A DNA stretch of 62,137 nucleotides from Rickettsia typhi (GCA_945900795.1 CAMDJN010000001.1:1-62137), one strand, 5' to 3'; positions 17,749 through 27,426 are shown, counted from the stretch's first letter. Notes: a model not told the origin generated them from the letters alone. Numbers and translations: made by a program.

Positions 17749-18813
17749 TTATATTCGGACAATTTCAAAAACTTCTTTTTTGGTTTTGCTCGCGATTTCT
17801 TTTGCCAGCATTCCTCCTTCTTGCAGAATCTTTTTGATGTAAGGCTGGTCTTGCTTGATATGGGTTAAATCTTTTTGGATCGGAGTAAGTTTTTCTATGA
17901 TGATTTCTGCAAGGTCAATTTTAAATTTTCCATAGCCGGAATTCTCATATTCTGATGCAATTTCTTGCTGAGGTCTGTTGGTAAAGGCTGAAAAGATGTT
18001 TAGAAGATTGTGAATTTCAGGACGAGCTTCGTCAAAAGTGATTGTTGCAAGCGAATCAGTTTTCGCTTTTTTGATTTTTTTTACGATTACTTCAGGTGTG
18101 TCAGAAAGATTGATGCGTGAGAGGTCGGACTCGTCTGATTTGCTCATTTTTTTTGTTCCATCTTGCAGCGACATGATGCGCTTTACGCCCGCCAAAATCA
18201 TCGGCTCGGGAAGTTTGAAATAATCAGTTTCAAAGCGACGATTAAATGCGCCGGCAATGTCACGAGTTAGCTCAAGATGCTGCTTCTGATCTTCGCCGAC
18301 TGGGACTAAATCTGCTTTGTAGAGTAAGATGTCGGATGCCATTAACACCGGGTAAGCATAAAGGCCCAGAGAGGCATTTTGTTTGTTGTATGCACTAAGA
18401 GAAGTCCACTCTTCCTTAGTTCTCGTCTCGTGCCCTGCAACAATTCTTTCTTTAAGAAATTCGCCTGGATCGCTTCTAATTTTATCTTTAAACTGCGTCA
18501 TTCGATCAAGCCATCCCATTGGAGTTAAAGTCCCCAAAACCCACGCCAATTCAGCATGCTCAGCCACATCACTCTGTGCAAAAATAATCGATTTTTTTGG
18601 ATCTAATCCGCAGGCTAAATATACAGCTGCCGCATCTAAAACATTTTGGCGCAGCTCTTTTGGATCTTGGGGCAGGGTGATCGCGTGTAGATTCATCACT
18701 CCAAAAATGCAGCGATGAGAGTCTTGTAAATCAATCCAGTTGCGGATTGATCCAAGATAATTTCCTAGATGAAGATTGCCGGTTGGTTGAATTCCCGAGA
18801 GGACTGTTTTCAT
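17749..18813 (-). CDS. trpS: Tryptophan--tRNA ligase
   Basis: 354 aa. It has SGIQPTGNLHLGNYLG (the HIGH region), KMSKS and YPVLMASDILLY. Confidence 0.95.
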   Translation of the reverse strand: MKTVLSGIQPTGNLHLGNYLGSIRNWIDLQDSHRCIFGVMNLHAITLPQDPKELRQNVLDAAAVYLACGLDPKKSIIFAQSDVAEHAELAWVLGTLTPMGWLDRMTQFKDKIRSDPGEFLKERIVAGHETRTKEEWTSLSAYNKQNASLGLYAYPVLMASDILLYKADLVPVGEDQKQHLELTRDIAGAFNRRFETDYFKLPEPMILAGVKRIMSLQDGTKKMSKSDESDLSRINLSDTPEVIVKKIKKAKTDSLATITFDEARPEIHNLLNIFSAFTNRPQQEIASEYENSGYGKFKIDLAEIIIEKLTPIQKDLTHIKQDQPYIKKILQEGGMLAKEIASKTKKEVFEIVRI

Positions 18814-18923
18814 TTAATTAAAAATAAATAAGGCTCATATTTTTATACAGAGCCTTAATTTTGTAAGGTGAAAATGATCGTAAAAAAAATTTGTAATTCT
18901 TAATTTTTAATTCTTAATTGATT

Positions 18924-19364
18924 TGTAAGACAAGCGGATGATCGCTGATTTTGACTTGCGTAAGTGAGCCTGAAAATTAGAGGAAAGTCCGGACTCCGCG
19001 AGAAAATGATTCCAGCTAACGGCTGGCCAGCAACTTGAATTCATAGAGTTGGTCTGAGGGAAAGTGTCACAGAGAACATACTGCCAACTGGTTTGAATTT
19101 ATTTTCAAGCAAAGGGCGAGAGTGAAAATGTGGGGTAAGAGCCTACACGCTTTCATGGTAACATGGATTTGGAAAAACCCAATCAGGAGCAAGACCAAAT
19201 AGGAGTAGCAGGTTTTGATTTATTTCAAAACAGACGTTCTCGCGTCGTTACTCGGGTAGGTTGCTAGAGGTTAACAGTGATGTTAATCCCAGATGAATGA
19301 TCGTCGGTTGTTGTGGGTGCAAACCTGCGGCAACTACAAAATCCGGCTTATAGCTTGTCTTACA
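18924..19364 (+). ncRNA. rnpB: RNase P RNA (bacterial type A)
   Basis: The P1 stem pairs tgtaagacaagc (18924) with gcttgtcttaca (19353-19364). The P4 halves gaggaaagtccggactc and acaaaatccggcttat are present, along with ggtaagagcc and gggtaggttgc motifs. A short hairpin plus T-run follows at about 19378-19400. Confidence 0.9.
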
Positions 19365-19493
19365 GCTGAGGGTGAGGCAACGAGGGTTGCTCGTTTTCAA
19401 ATACAATCTGGAAAGGGGCAATAATTTTCAAGTGATGATAGTTCTGTAAGGATTTGGATTTAATTTTTCTTCACCTTAATGTAAGGAAGTGGT

Positions 19494-20357
19494 TTACAAA
19501 TGCGTCCTTACCTCAAAGTGGGCATTGTCCTCTAATTTTAACGCAGAGAGTATTTTTGGTAAAATTTTGTTTAGTTTCTCATCTACTTGCCATGGAGCGT
19601 TCATAATAAACATTCCGCATGATGTCATCTTTTCCTCTTCATCTCTTTTTCCGATATCCAAAATCACCTGAAGAACTTTTGAAAATTTTAGATCTAGAAC
19701 TTTTTTGTAGAAGTTTTTCAGAATAGCTTCCTCCCCAGAAATAATCGGATACCAAATGATGTAGATACCGCTGGAGAAGCGTTTGTAACCCTCCTCGAGA
19801 CTTAGGATGATTTTTTCGTAATCGTCGCTAATTTTTTTCTGATCCTTTTCAAAAGATGGATCGATTATTATTAGCCCGCGTTTCTCAAGGGGTGGAAGTT
19901 TTGATTTTAGCAGATGGAATCCATCTTCGTTGAGAAGAGAAAATTTTTGATTTCCGGCAAAGTTTCTTTTTAGATTTAAAAATTCCTTTTGGTTCAGTTC
20001 AGCGAGAATTGCGCGATCGTTCTGGCGTAAGAAGTTTTTGATTATGATTGGTGAGCCGGTGTATATTTTTAACTTAGAAGGTAGTTCTTCAATGTTGCAG
20101 CAGTTGGTTCTGGCAAGAATTTCGAGATATCGTGAAGGTAAAATTTGTGAGGAAATAATTTTTTTAATCCCGTTATTTGCTTCAAAAGTTTTGAGAGATT
20201 TTTCATCACCAAGATCGTATTTGCCAGACCCTGCATGAGTATCTAAAATAAAAAAAGGAGTAGGTTTTTCACAAAGCTTTTCTAGGCAAAAAATCAGAAT
20301 AGTGTGTTTTAAGATGTCGGCGAAATTTCCAGCGTGGTAGATGTGGTAGTAGTTCAT
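19494..20357 (-). CDS. rlmJ: 23S rRNA (adenine2030-N6)-methyltransferase
   Basis: 287 aa. The N-terminus MNYYHIYHAGNFADILKH and the internal IIDPSFE and WYPI motifs are typical of RlmJ. Confidence 0.85.
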   Translation of the reverse strand: MNYYHIYHAGNFADILKHTILIFCLEKLCEKPTPFFILDTHAGSGKYDLGDEKSLKTFEANNGIKKIISSQILPSRYLEILARTNCCNIEELPSKLKIYTGSPIIIKNFLRQNDRAILAELNQKEFLNLKRNFAGNQKFSLLNEDGFHLLKSKLPPLEKRGLIIIDPSFEKDQKKISDDYEKIILSLEEGYKRFSSGIYIIWYPIISGEEAILKNFYKKVLDLKFSKVLQVILDIGKRDEEEKMTSCGMFIMNAPWQVDEKLNKILPKILSALKLEDNAHFEVRTHL

Positions 20358-20374
20358 GCGCCAAGATCTATTTT

Positions 20375-23300
20375 TTACTCAAACAGATTACTAATTGTGG
20401 TTGGCACAAAAGCGGAGGCTTTACTAGTTTTTAAAACTCCCTCCTTATCCTGCTTATTTTTTACATATTCGTAACGTAGTCCGAATAGTCCCGCATCCGC
20501 ATCTCCTCCCGTTAGAACACCGCTAATCAGTCCACCGATTATTGGGATTTTTCCAATACCAAATAAGTTATTTATCATAAATCCTGGGATGATCATGCCT
20601 TTGATGTTGTAGCTATTTTCTTTGAGATTAATTACTCCCTTAGCTGTGACACCGATTTTGTAATTATTGGCAACGAGTGATTTAATGTTTAATAGGCTAT
20701 CTTGCAGCTCTAAGTCCAACTTGGTTGAGGTGAAGATAATTTTTTCGCTGGCAAAAAGCTTGTCTCGTATTTTTGAAAAAAGCGTGTCTTTTGCGAAGCG
20801 TTTTACTGTTTCTGATTCGTAGACTGTTAACTCATCGTCGATTGTGATCTTGCCACCTATCACATTTTTGTTGTTGATGAATTTGTTTTGCAACCTAACG
20901 GAAGTGCTGCCCCCAGACATTATTTTAGCTACTCCAAGTACGTCAGCAAGATGTCCGATATTGGTTATTCTACCATCTAAGTTACTACTCATCTCTTTAA
21001 AATTTTTGACAAGACGCAGACTTATGGATTCGTTTTTACCATAGTAACCGTTGATTGATCCGGTATGACAAAATGAGTTGTCGCAATTGAGCGTTAGGCT
21101 GAGTTTTTTTATTAGCTTATTGTCTGGGAATAGTGCGTTATCAATAGCTGCTTTGAATCGTACATTAGGCGGGAAGCTTCCGCTTGAATTGCTGCTGGAT
21201 GATGATTTTTTCTTAAAAAATGGTGCAAAATCTAACCTTTTTCCTGTGATCAGAATGTTGTGAGATGAGCCTTTTTTGTTATTCAGGTATGAGGCGGAAT
21301 AGTTATTTTTTCCGAAATTGTCATTTTTGAAATTGGCAGATGCGAGTGAGAATGGCATGGTTTCGAACTCTAAATTGCCAGAAATTTTTGATGTTGCCAC
21401 TTCTTGCTGAAGTTGTTTTGCTGAAGTGGGAGTAGGGGATTGTTTGTTGGTAACGAGGCCAGATTCGTTTTTAACTAGGCTAATATTTTTGATGTGAAGT
21501 TTTTTTGGATCTTTTACGGAAACAGTAAAATTAAGGCTTGATGGGATATTGACTTCTTTTTCTACGTCAAAACTTTTTGCAGTTATTTTTGCTGCTGTGA
21601 GGTCGATATTATTCACAAAATCATAACTTCCAAAATCTTTTTTGGCATTGATGGTTGCGTTACCTTTTAGATACCCGTTCTCGAGCCCACTTATGACTGA
21701 GCTGGCAGCTATGTACATGTTTTTAAGATCGAGATTTTCTGTCAGAGGTAAGTGAATATCGAAACTATTTTGTGAATTTCCGTTCAGGTATTTTGTAATC
21801 GAATTTGCGAATTCTGAATCGTAATCAACGTGCTTCAAGGTATCTGCTGCGTGTCCTTGTGATCTTCCGGAAATTTTTAAAATTGTTGTGGGAGCGGAAA
21901 AGTCATCGATTGCAACTATTCCGTCAGAGATTTTGCTGCTCAAAACCGTTCCATCAGAGATTGAAATTTTCATCGAATTGATTCCAAAATTGGCTGAACC
22001 TGATGCGTTTAAAATTGGTGGAAAATTATCATCATAATTGACGTTTAGCCCTGAGAATGAAATTTGCGCATCCATATTTCCTAATTCAGTTTTTTCTTCG
22101 CTATATATGAGGGAAAATTTTGCGTAAGCGCTGCCAATCATTCCCCCCTTGATATGCTCCACAACCCACTGTCTTACCCCGTTATCATTAAGAGATGTTG
22201 GCCAGAATTTTTCCATTTTGTCATTTGGAACATTTTTTAGCGTAATATAGAAGTTCATTTTTTTGCTGGGCATTTTTTCGCTTGGCGCTTTTTCGCTGAG
22301 CAAGGGTTTGCTTGGAACGCTTTCTTTCATTGCTATTGGATCAGAGCTAGTGATAGCGCTTTGCTGTACGTTAGGAATTCCTGATTTAGCCATTGTAGCC
22401 AATTTTGACATTGAGCCTTTTTTTAGTTCAGAAATTAGCAGAGACATTTCTAGGTGCGGATGAATTGTGCTGGCATCTTGTATCTCTGGAAAAGTTATCT
22501 CCGGAAAATCAGCTTTAATTCTTGATAGATCGAGAACTCCAAGCCTGTCATCATATCCGCCTTCAAGAGAAAAGTTGGTGAAGGATATCTTCTGACTCAT
22601 GACGTTTGGAAGTTCGACAGTACCTTTTTTTGCTTCTGCTTTAAAGAGGATATTTTCTACTTCGCCATTTCTTACAACGAATGATGCTGAGGTTTTGAGG
22701 ACTGAATTTACGCGGTTGAGATAATTAAGATTCTGATGTAGATTAGCAATTGAGCTAGGAACGAAATTATCCAAAAGAAAATCACACTTAAGGCCGTCGC
22801 TCTTCGATAGGTGGCAGTTATAATCTAGGCTAACATCGTTACTTTCTTTGCCGAATTTGATTTTATTTGTTGAGGAAATATTGAGAGTTTTTCGTTTAAT
22901 AGCAGTTTTGATTTGCGAATTTTGAACAAAGATTTCTGTCGTAATATTTTTCCCTCTGAGCACCAATTCTGCATTCTCGATCTCAACATTTTTGATTGGG
23001 AATTCCCCGTTGCGAATCGAAGATAAAATTTCTATGAGCAGTGCTGTATGATTTGCTTGGCCAGTTTGAATAGTTTCGGTTTGAGATTGCTGCTGGATTT
23101 TGTCGAGATTGTCAATTATGAGTTTGAAATTACTGATTTTGATTTTGTTTGGATGTAGTCGTAAGCGGGCTAGATCGAACAGAGAGAATTCTGCTTGTAG
23201 TTTTGGGATGATAAAAAATTGCTTGTCACGGATATTTTCTATGACATATGGAATTCTCAAATCTTCAATTGTGATTTGTAGACTTCCATAGGCGGTAAAT

Positions 23301-23617
23301 TTAATGAAGGCATTTTTTAATTTAACCGCGTGGTCAATGTTTTTGCGCAGACTCGACTCGATTTTTTCAGTGACGAAAATAAAAGATTTTGGTTTTGTCG
23401 ATGTGAGTATAACGAAATAGAATAGGACTAGGAGGACTAGTACGGAGAGCGAGATGACTACTTTGCGTACAATTCTAAATCCTTTTTTTACATTTGGTGA
23501 ATGCAGAAGTAGGTCTTGCAGCTTATGCTCTTCTGGTTTAGAAGATTTTTTATTTTTGCTACCTTTGCGAGGGGTTAGTTTTTTAATCCAATTCATAAAC
23601 TTTTTGCCAGTTTTCAT
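20375..23617 (-). CDS. Large AsmA-like / YhdP-family envelope protein
   Basis: The open frame runs to 23665. The likely start is Met at 23617 or 23596, just after the upstream stop. It has an N-terminal TM helix, a long beta-rich body and a glycine-rich C-terminal GGLISGVLTGG...GLFGLRYEY, as in AsmA/YhdP proteins. Confidence 0.6.
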   Translation of the reverse strand: MKTGKKFMNWIKKLTPRKGSKNKKSSKPEEHKLQDLLLHSPNVKKGFRIVRKVVISLSVLVLLVLFYFVILTSTKPKSFIFVTEKIESSLRKNIDHAVKLKNAFIKFTAYGSLQITIEDLRIPYVIENIRDKQFFIIPKLQAEFSLFDLARLRLHPNKIKISNFKLIIDNLDKIQQQSQTETIQTGQANHTALLIEILSSIRNGEFPIKNVEIENAELVLRGKNITTEIFVQNSQIKTAIKRKTLNISSTNKIKFGKESNDVSLDYNCHLSKSDGLKCDFLLDNFVPSSIANLHQNLNYLNRVNSVLKTSASFVVRNGEVENILFKAEAKKGTVELPNVMSQKISFTNFSLEGGYDDRLGVLDLSRIKADFPEITFPEIQDASTIHPHLEMSLLISELKKGSMSKLATMAKSGIPNVQQSAITSSDPIAMKESVPSKPLLSEKAPSEKMPSKKMNFYITLKNVPNDKMEKFWPTSLNDNGVRQWVVEHIKGGMIGSAYAKFSLIYSEEKTELGNMDAQISFSGLNVNYDDNFPPILNASGSANFGINSMKISISDGTVLSSKISDGIVAIDDFSAPTTILKISGRSQGHAADTLKHVDYDSEFANSITKYLNGNSQNSFDIHLPLTENLDLKNMYIAASSVISGLENGYLKGNATINAKKDFGSYDFVNNIDLTAAKITAKSFDVEKEVNIPSSLNFTVSVKDPKKLHIKNISLVKNESGLVTNKQSPTPTSAKQLQQEVATSKISGNLEFETMPFSLASANFKNDNFGKNNYSASYLNNKKGSSHNILITGKRLDFAPFFKKKSSSSSNSSGSFPPNVRFKAAIDNALFPDNKLIKKLSLTLNCDNSFCHTGSINGYYGKNESISLRLVKNFKEMSSNLDGRITNIGHLADVLGVAKIMSGGSTSVRLQNKFINNKNVIGGKITIDDELTVYESETVKRFAKDTLFSKIRDKLFASEKIIFTSTKLDLELQDSLLNIKSLVANNYKIGVTAKGVINLKENSYNIKGMIIPGFMINNLFGIGKIPIIGGLISGVLTGGDADAGLFGLRYEYVKNKQDKEGVLKTSKASAFVPTTISNLFE

Positions 23618-25481
23618 TATCGGAGAAGTCTGGCTGGTTTTCTTTGTGTAAGATAAAATTTTCAATCACTAACACATCCATTTCAGTTCTCATGAAACAT
23701 TTATAAGAATCTTCCGGGCTGCAAACTATTGGCTCTCCACGAACGTTGAAAGATGTATTAATTAATACGGCTGATCCAGTTTTTTCCTCAAATTTTTTTA
23801 GTAGATTGTGGAAGCGTGGATTCGTTTGTTTGTGAACAGTCTGTATTCGGGCGGAGTAATCAATATGAGTTACAGCTGGAATGCTTGACCTGACAATATT
23901 CAACTTCTTTATTCCAAAAAGTTGTTCTTGTTCTGCGGTCATTTTTGTAGTTAATTCTCTTTTTACCGGCGCAACCAGGAGCATGTAAGGAGAATCGCAA
24001 TTAAGTTCAAAGTAATCATTAAGTTTTTCGCATAAAACTGCCGGAGCAAAAGGACGAAAGCTTTCGCGATATTTGATTTTTAGGTTCATTACCGACTGCA
24101 TTTTTATACTACGCGCATCGCCAAGAATACTTCTTGCACCTAGAGATCTTGGGCCGAATTCCATTCGTCCCTGATGCCATCCAATTACCTTTTCCTCTTT
24201 CAAAGCAGTGCTGATCAGATCTAAAAATTTTTCTTCGTCTGTGATGTGAAGATATTTTGCACCAACGGAATCAAGATAATTTTTAACTTCCTCGTCACTA
24301 AATTTTTTACCAAGATAAGAGCCGCGCATATTATCCAGGCCAGACTCGTAGCATTTTCGTGGGTTGCGTAAATGCTGGTAATAGATGGTTTGTGCAGCTC
24401 CCAAAGAGCCGCCAGCATCACCTGCTGCTGGTTGAATCCAGATATTTTCAAAGATTTTTTCTTGCAGTATTTTTCCATTACCGACGCAGTTGAGAGCTAC
24501 GCCGCCAGCCATAACGAGATTTTTACTACCAGTAATTCTTTGTGCCGTGCGCGCAAGTTTGATCATTACTTCTTCAGTTACGTCTTGAAGTGAGCGGGCG
24601 AGATCCATTTCAAACTGCGTTAGTACCGATTCTGATTTGCGTGGTTCGTGCTGAAATAGATCATTAAATTTACTGTTTGTCATGGTTAATCCAACGGTGT
24701 AGTTGAAGTAATCCATGTTGAGTTTGAACGAGCCATCCTCTTTTAGATCGATCAGATTTTTCTTGATGAGATCGACATATTTTGGTTCACCATATGGCGC
24801 CAATCCCATCACTTTATATTCTCCGGAATTTACTTTGAAGCCGGTATAGTAGGTGATTGCTGAGTAGAGTAAGCCTAAAGAGTGAGGAAAGTGAATTTCT
24901 TTTAGAAAGGTAATTTTATTATCAATGCCATGAGCTATTGAGGTTGTAGTCCATTCCCCAACTCCATCCATTGTTAAAATTGCAGCATCTTTAAAAGGAG
25001 ATGGATAGAAACAGCTGGCAGCGTGGGATTGATGATGCTCAGCAAAGAGGATTTTTGCTGTGATTTGTGATTTGATTTGTTTGGCTTCTGCGCTTAAAGA
25101 ATTGATCTTGAGTAGGTGTAGCTGTATCTCAGTAAGATCTTTTATCAACGTATCTTTTAAGAATAATTTATGCTTCAGCCAGATCGGCATCGAGGTTAAA
25201 AATGATTTAAAACCTCGGGGAGCTTCTGCGAGATAAGTTTCGATTAATCTTTCAAATTTTAGAAAAGGTTTTTCAAAAAAACCGATGAAACTAACTTGAT
25301 CAAGCGTAATGCCGGCCTCACTTAAAACATAACTCACAGCATGCTTCGGGAATGCTTCATCATGTTTTTTTCTGGTAAATCTTTCCTCTTGCGCAGCGGC
25401 TATTATTTCTTCTCCCTTGATTAAGCATGCTGCAGAATCATGGAAGAAGGCTGAAATTCCCAGAATGTAATCATTGTTCAT
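23583..25481 (-). CDS. Carbamoyltransferase (NodU/CmcH/SxtI-type)
   Basis: 632 aa. It has YILGISAFFHDSAACLIKGEEIIAAAQEERFTRKKHD and the C-terminal NTSFNVRGEPIVCSP. Confidence 0.9.
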   Translation of the reverse strand: MNNDYILGISAFFHDSAACLIKGEEIIAAAQEERFTRKKHDEAFPKHAVSYVLSEAGITLDQVSFIGFFEKPFLKFERLIETYLAEAPRGFKSFLTSMPIWLKHKLFLKDTLIKDLTEIQLHLLKINSLSAEAKQIKSQITAKILFAEHHQSHAASCFYPSPFKDAAILTMDGVGEWTTTSIAHGIDNKITFLKEIHFPHSLGLLYSAITYYTGFKVNSGEYKVMGLAPYGEPKYVDLIKKNLIDLKEDGSFKLNMDYFNYTVGLTMTNSKFNDLFQHEPRKSESVLTQFEMDLARSLQDVTEEVMIKLARTAQRITGSKNLVMAGGVALNCVGNGKILQEKIFENIWIQPAAGDAGGSLGAAQTIYYQHLRNPRKCYESGLDNMRGSYLGKKFSDEEVKNYLDSVGAKYLHITDEEKFLDLISTALKEEKVIGWHQGRMEFGPRSLGARSILGDARSIKMQSVMNLKIKYRESFRPFAPAVLCEKLNDYFELNCDSPYMLLVAPVKRELTTKMTAEQEQLFGIKKLNIVRSSIPAVTHIDYSARIQTVHKQTNPRFHNLLKKFEEKTGSAVLINTSFNVRGEPIVCSPEDSYKCFMRTEMDVLVIENFILHKENQPDFSDNENWQKVYELD

Positions 25482-25491
25482 TTTGTGATTT

Positions 25492-25641
25492 TTAGAAAAT
25501 TGTGTAAATAAAAGGTGCTACTACTGAGCCTTGCGCGACTACAATCAGAAGACCTAGCAACAGCATGATTGTTATGATTGGTAAGAGCCAAAATTTCTTT
25601 CTGGTTTTAAGGAATAGTAGAAGTTCTTTTATTAGGGACAT
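25492..25641 (-). CDS. Small membrane protein (DUF5989 / SxtK-like), absent from the ORF track
   Basis: Hand-translated 49-aa ORF: MSLIKELLLFLKTRKKFWLLPIITIMLLLGLLIVVAQGSVVAPFIYTIF*. From memory, this pattern accompanies carbamoyltransferase genes. Confidence 0.6.
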   Translation of the reverse strand: MSLIKELLLFLKTRKKFWLLPIITIMLLLGLLIVVAQGSVVAPFIYTIF

Positions 25642-25703
25642 TTTGTGTTATGGATGTTGATTACGAGATAAGTGAGATAAACGAGTATAAGATTGAAGAC
25701 GAT

Positions 25704-25917
25704 CGGAACCCCTGAAAAACCGTCTTTTTCGGTAACTTTGTCGTTCAGACCAATTTGCTCGCGAGCACGTACCTCTAAGTACGCTTACCTGCTCGCAAAC
25801 TGATCTTCCTAGAGATTCGCTTCGCTCATGCTCGTTCTCATCTAACGACGCAGGCGTCGTTTCGGCTAAAGCCGTTGATTCGAACTCCTCGAAAAATCTA
25901 GGTTTTTCAGAGGTTTC
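25704..25917. mobile_element. Family A MITE, copy A5 (subfamily 2, inverted, with an extra internal module)
   Basis: It has the same ends and core as 51440-51582 and 60757-60907 in reverse orientation. It also has an extra module of about 75 nt: gagattcgcttcgctcatgctcgttctcatctaacgacgcaggcgtcgtttcggctaaagccgttgattcgaac. Confidence 0.8.
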
Positions 25918-25970
25918 GACGATGATCAGTTTTGAATTCTTTTCAAAAAAGTTTTTTTCATTGAAGGTTG

Positions 25971-26354
25971 TTAGAATTGATTTCTCATATCTGCCGGCTG
26001 CGTATTACGATCAATGAAATAGCTGTCAGAAGAGGGATCTAGTTTTTTGAGAAGGAGATCTTTTTTAAAGAGTTTTAGTACAAAACCGGTTGGAACGAAG
26101 ATCGTGTAAAATAAGATAAAAGTGATGATGGTGCCATTAATTTTCCCTGCGGCATCACCAAATTTTATCCAGTTTTGGTAAAATCTGATTTGCAGGTAAA
26201 TGGTTGGATAGATGATTGCGCTTACAAAAAATACCAAGGAAATGCTGCCCAGTAAAGTAGTTAGAGTGCGGTATTTGTAGGCAAGAAAGTAAAAAATTAC
26301 TCCCCAAATAATTCCAAAAATACGCAGGTCCTTTGTGGTTACTTCTTTTTTCAT
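25971..26354 (-). CDS. SxtJ-like small membrane protein
   Basis: 127 aa with 3-4 TM segments. The N-terminal KDLRIFGIIWGVIFYFLAY resembles remembered SxtJ-family proteins found next to carbamoyltransferases. Confidence 0.5.
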   Translation of the reverse strand: MKKEVTTKDLRIFGIIWGVIFYFLAYKYRTLTTLLGSISLVFFVSAIIYPTIYLQIRFYQNWIKFGDAAGKINGTIITFILFYTIFVPTGFVLKLFKKDLLLKKLDPSSDSYFIDRNTQPADMRNQF

Positions 26355-27415
26355 TTTTCAATTAGACGATATGATGGGATGGTCAGAATAGCTGACTTAT
26401 CTCTGTTTTCCTTGTTATCAACAATCTCAAAGCGGCAGGTTTGTTTGTCTAAAATTTTACTGACTTGAGATTCGTCAGTGTTTTTTATGAAATCTGAATT
26501 TGGTAATTTTGAATCAATGTGGAATATGATGATCATGTTGTTTAGGTGATCAAGCATTATGGTGATTGTAACCATGGTTTCCAAATCGGTTTTAAATATT
26601 CCGGAAAGGATTTTTCTTAGAGCGTCGTGTAATACTAGGCGATCTACCTTGATTTGAGGCATTGATTCTGCTTCAAAAGGATGCTCGAAATTAATGTGAC
26701 TTCTAAACTTTTCACTTAGCCCCGCAATAAATTCATCGAGGAAATTTGTGATTACAAAAATTTCTTCATCGGTGTTGATTTTGTTATCGATTGCGCTTTC
26801 ATCCAAAGCGTTAGCAATAGCAGCTCTAATGCGTACAGAATTCATGTAAATTTTGTCCAACTCCTCAACATAACGACGATGAGGGAACGGCCCGTAAGGC
26901 TCTTCCTTTAGAATGGAGGAGGTTTGACTGATAATGTCGAGATAGGCAAAAACGGCTGATGGAAGCACAACGGAGATTTGGCTTTTAATGTTTTTGATGT
27001 CTCGATGATGTACTTCGGTCACTTTCGAAGCATTGAGAACTTTTTCTTTGATCTTGGCAATCAGTAAATCGAAATCTATTGGTTTGACCATGTAGTCATT
27101 GGCGGAAAGGTTGATCCCTTTGATCAAATTATCTTTTTGTCCTAGCGCTGTTAAGAAGATGAACGGTATGGTGTTGTGGCGTGTATTTTTACTTTCTCTG
27201 ACTAATTTTAATAATCCGTAACCATCAACTTCTGGCATCATGATGTCGGAAATTATGATGTCTGGCTTGTTTTGTAAAAAGCTCTCGAAGCCGTGCTTTC
27301 CATTGTCTGCTTCAAATACTTCGAATCCCTCGTCACGCAAAATTTCTGTAATATTTTCACGAATATCGCTTTCATCTTCAGCGCAAAGAACTTTTATTTT
27401 TTTACTTTCGGTCAT
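26351..27415 (-). CDS. Response regulator receiver domain fused to a degenerate histidine-kinase-like C-terminal region
   Basis: The REC domain is clear (VLCAEDE, IIISDIMMPEVDGYGLL, DYMVKP). The C-terminal ~230 aa looks DHp/CA-like, but the H-box position reads SVVLPS (no His) and the N-box reads ILSGIFK (no Asn). Confidence 0.75.
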   Translation of the reverse strand: MTESKKIKVLCAEDESDIRENITEILRDEGFEVFEADNGKHGFESFLQNKPDIIISDIMMPEVDGYGLLKLVRESKNTRHNTIPFIFLTALGQKDNLIKGINLSANDYMVKPIDFDLLIAKIKEKVLNASKVTEVHHRDIKNIKSQISVVLPSAVFAYLDIISQTSSILKEEPYGPFPHRRYVEELDKIYMNSVRIRAAIANALDESAIDNKINTDEEIFVITNFLDEFIAGLSEKFRSHINFEHPFEAESMPQIKVDRLVLHDALRKILSGIFKTDLETMVTITIMLDHLNNMIIIFHIDSKLPNSDFIKNTDESQVSKILDKQTCRFEIVDNKENRDKSAILTIPSYRLIEK

Positions 27416-27426
27416 TTTTTTAATGT

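Noticed and set aside
18383-18480. An apparent ~25-aa insertion in TrpS between QFKDK and GLYAYPVLMASD, relative to E. coli TrpS
   Set aside because: The DNA here is not palindromic or compositionally odd, and this loop varies in length among TrpS lineages. I cannot distinguish it from ordinary lineage-specific variation.
18814-18923. Hairpin aaggctc...gagcctt between the trpS start and rnpB, as a possible regulatory element
   Set aside because: It is a short AT-rich stem in an AT-rich spacer and lies upstream of both flanking genes. No T-box or other leader features are visible.
26155-26361. 68-aa ORF on the same strand as the sxtJ-like gene but in another frame
   Set aside because: The 127-aa frame gives a coherent multi-TM protein, and its start is coupled to the upstream stop. 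The alternative frame has no such features.
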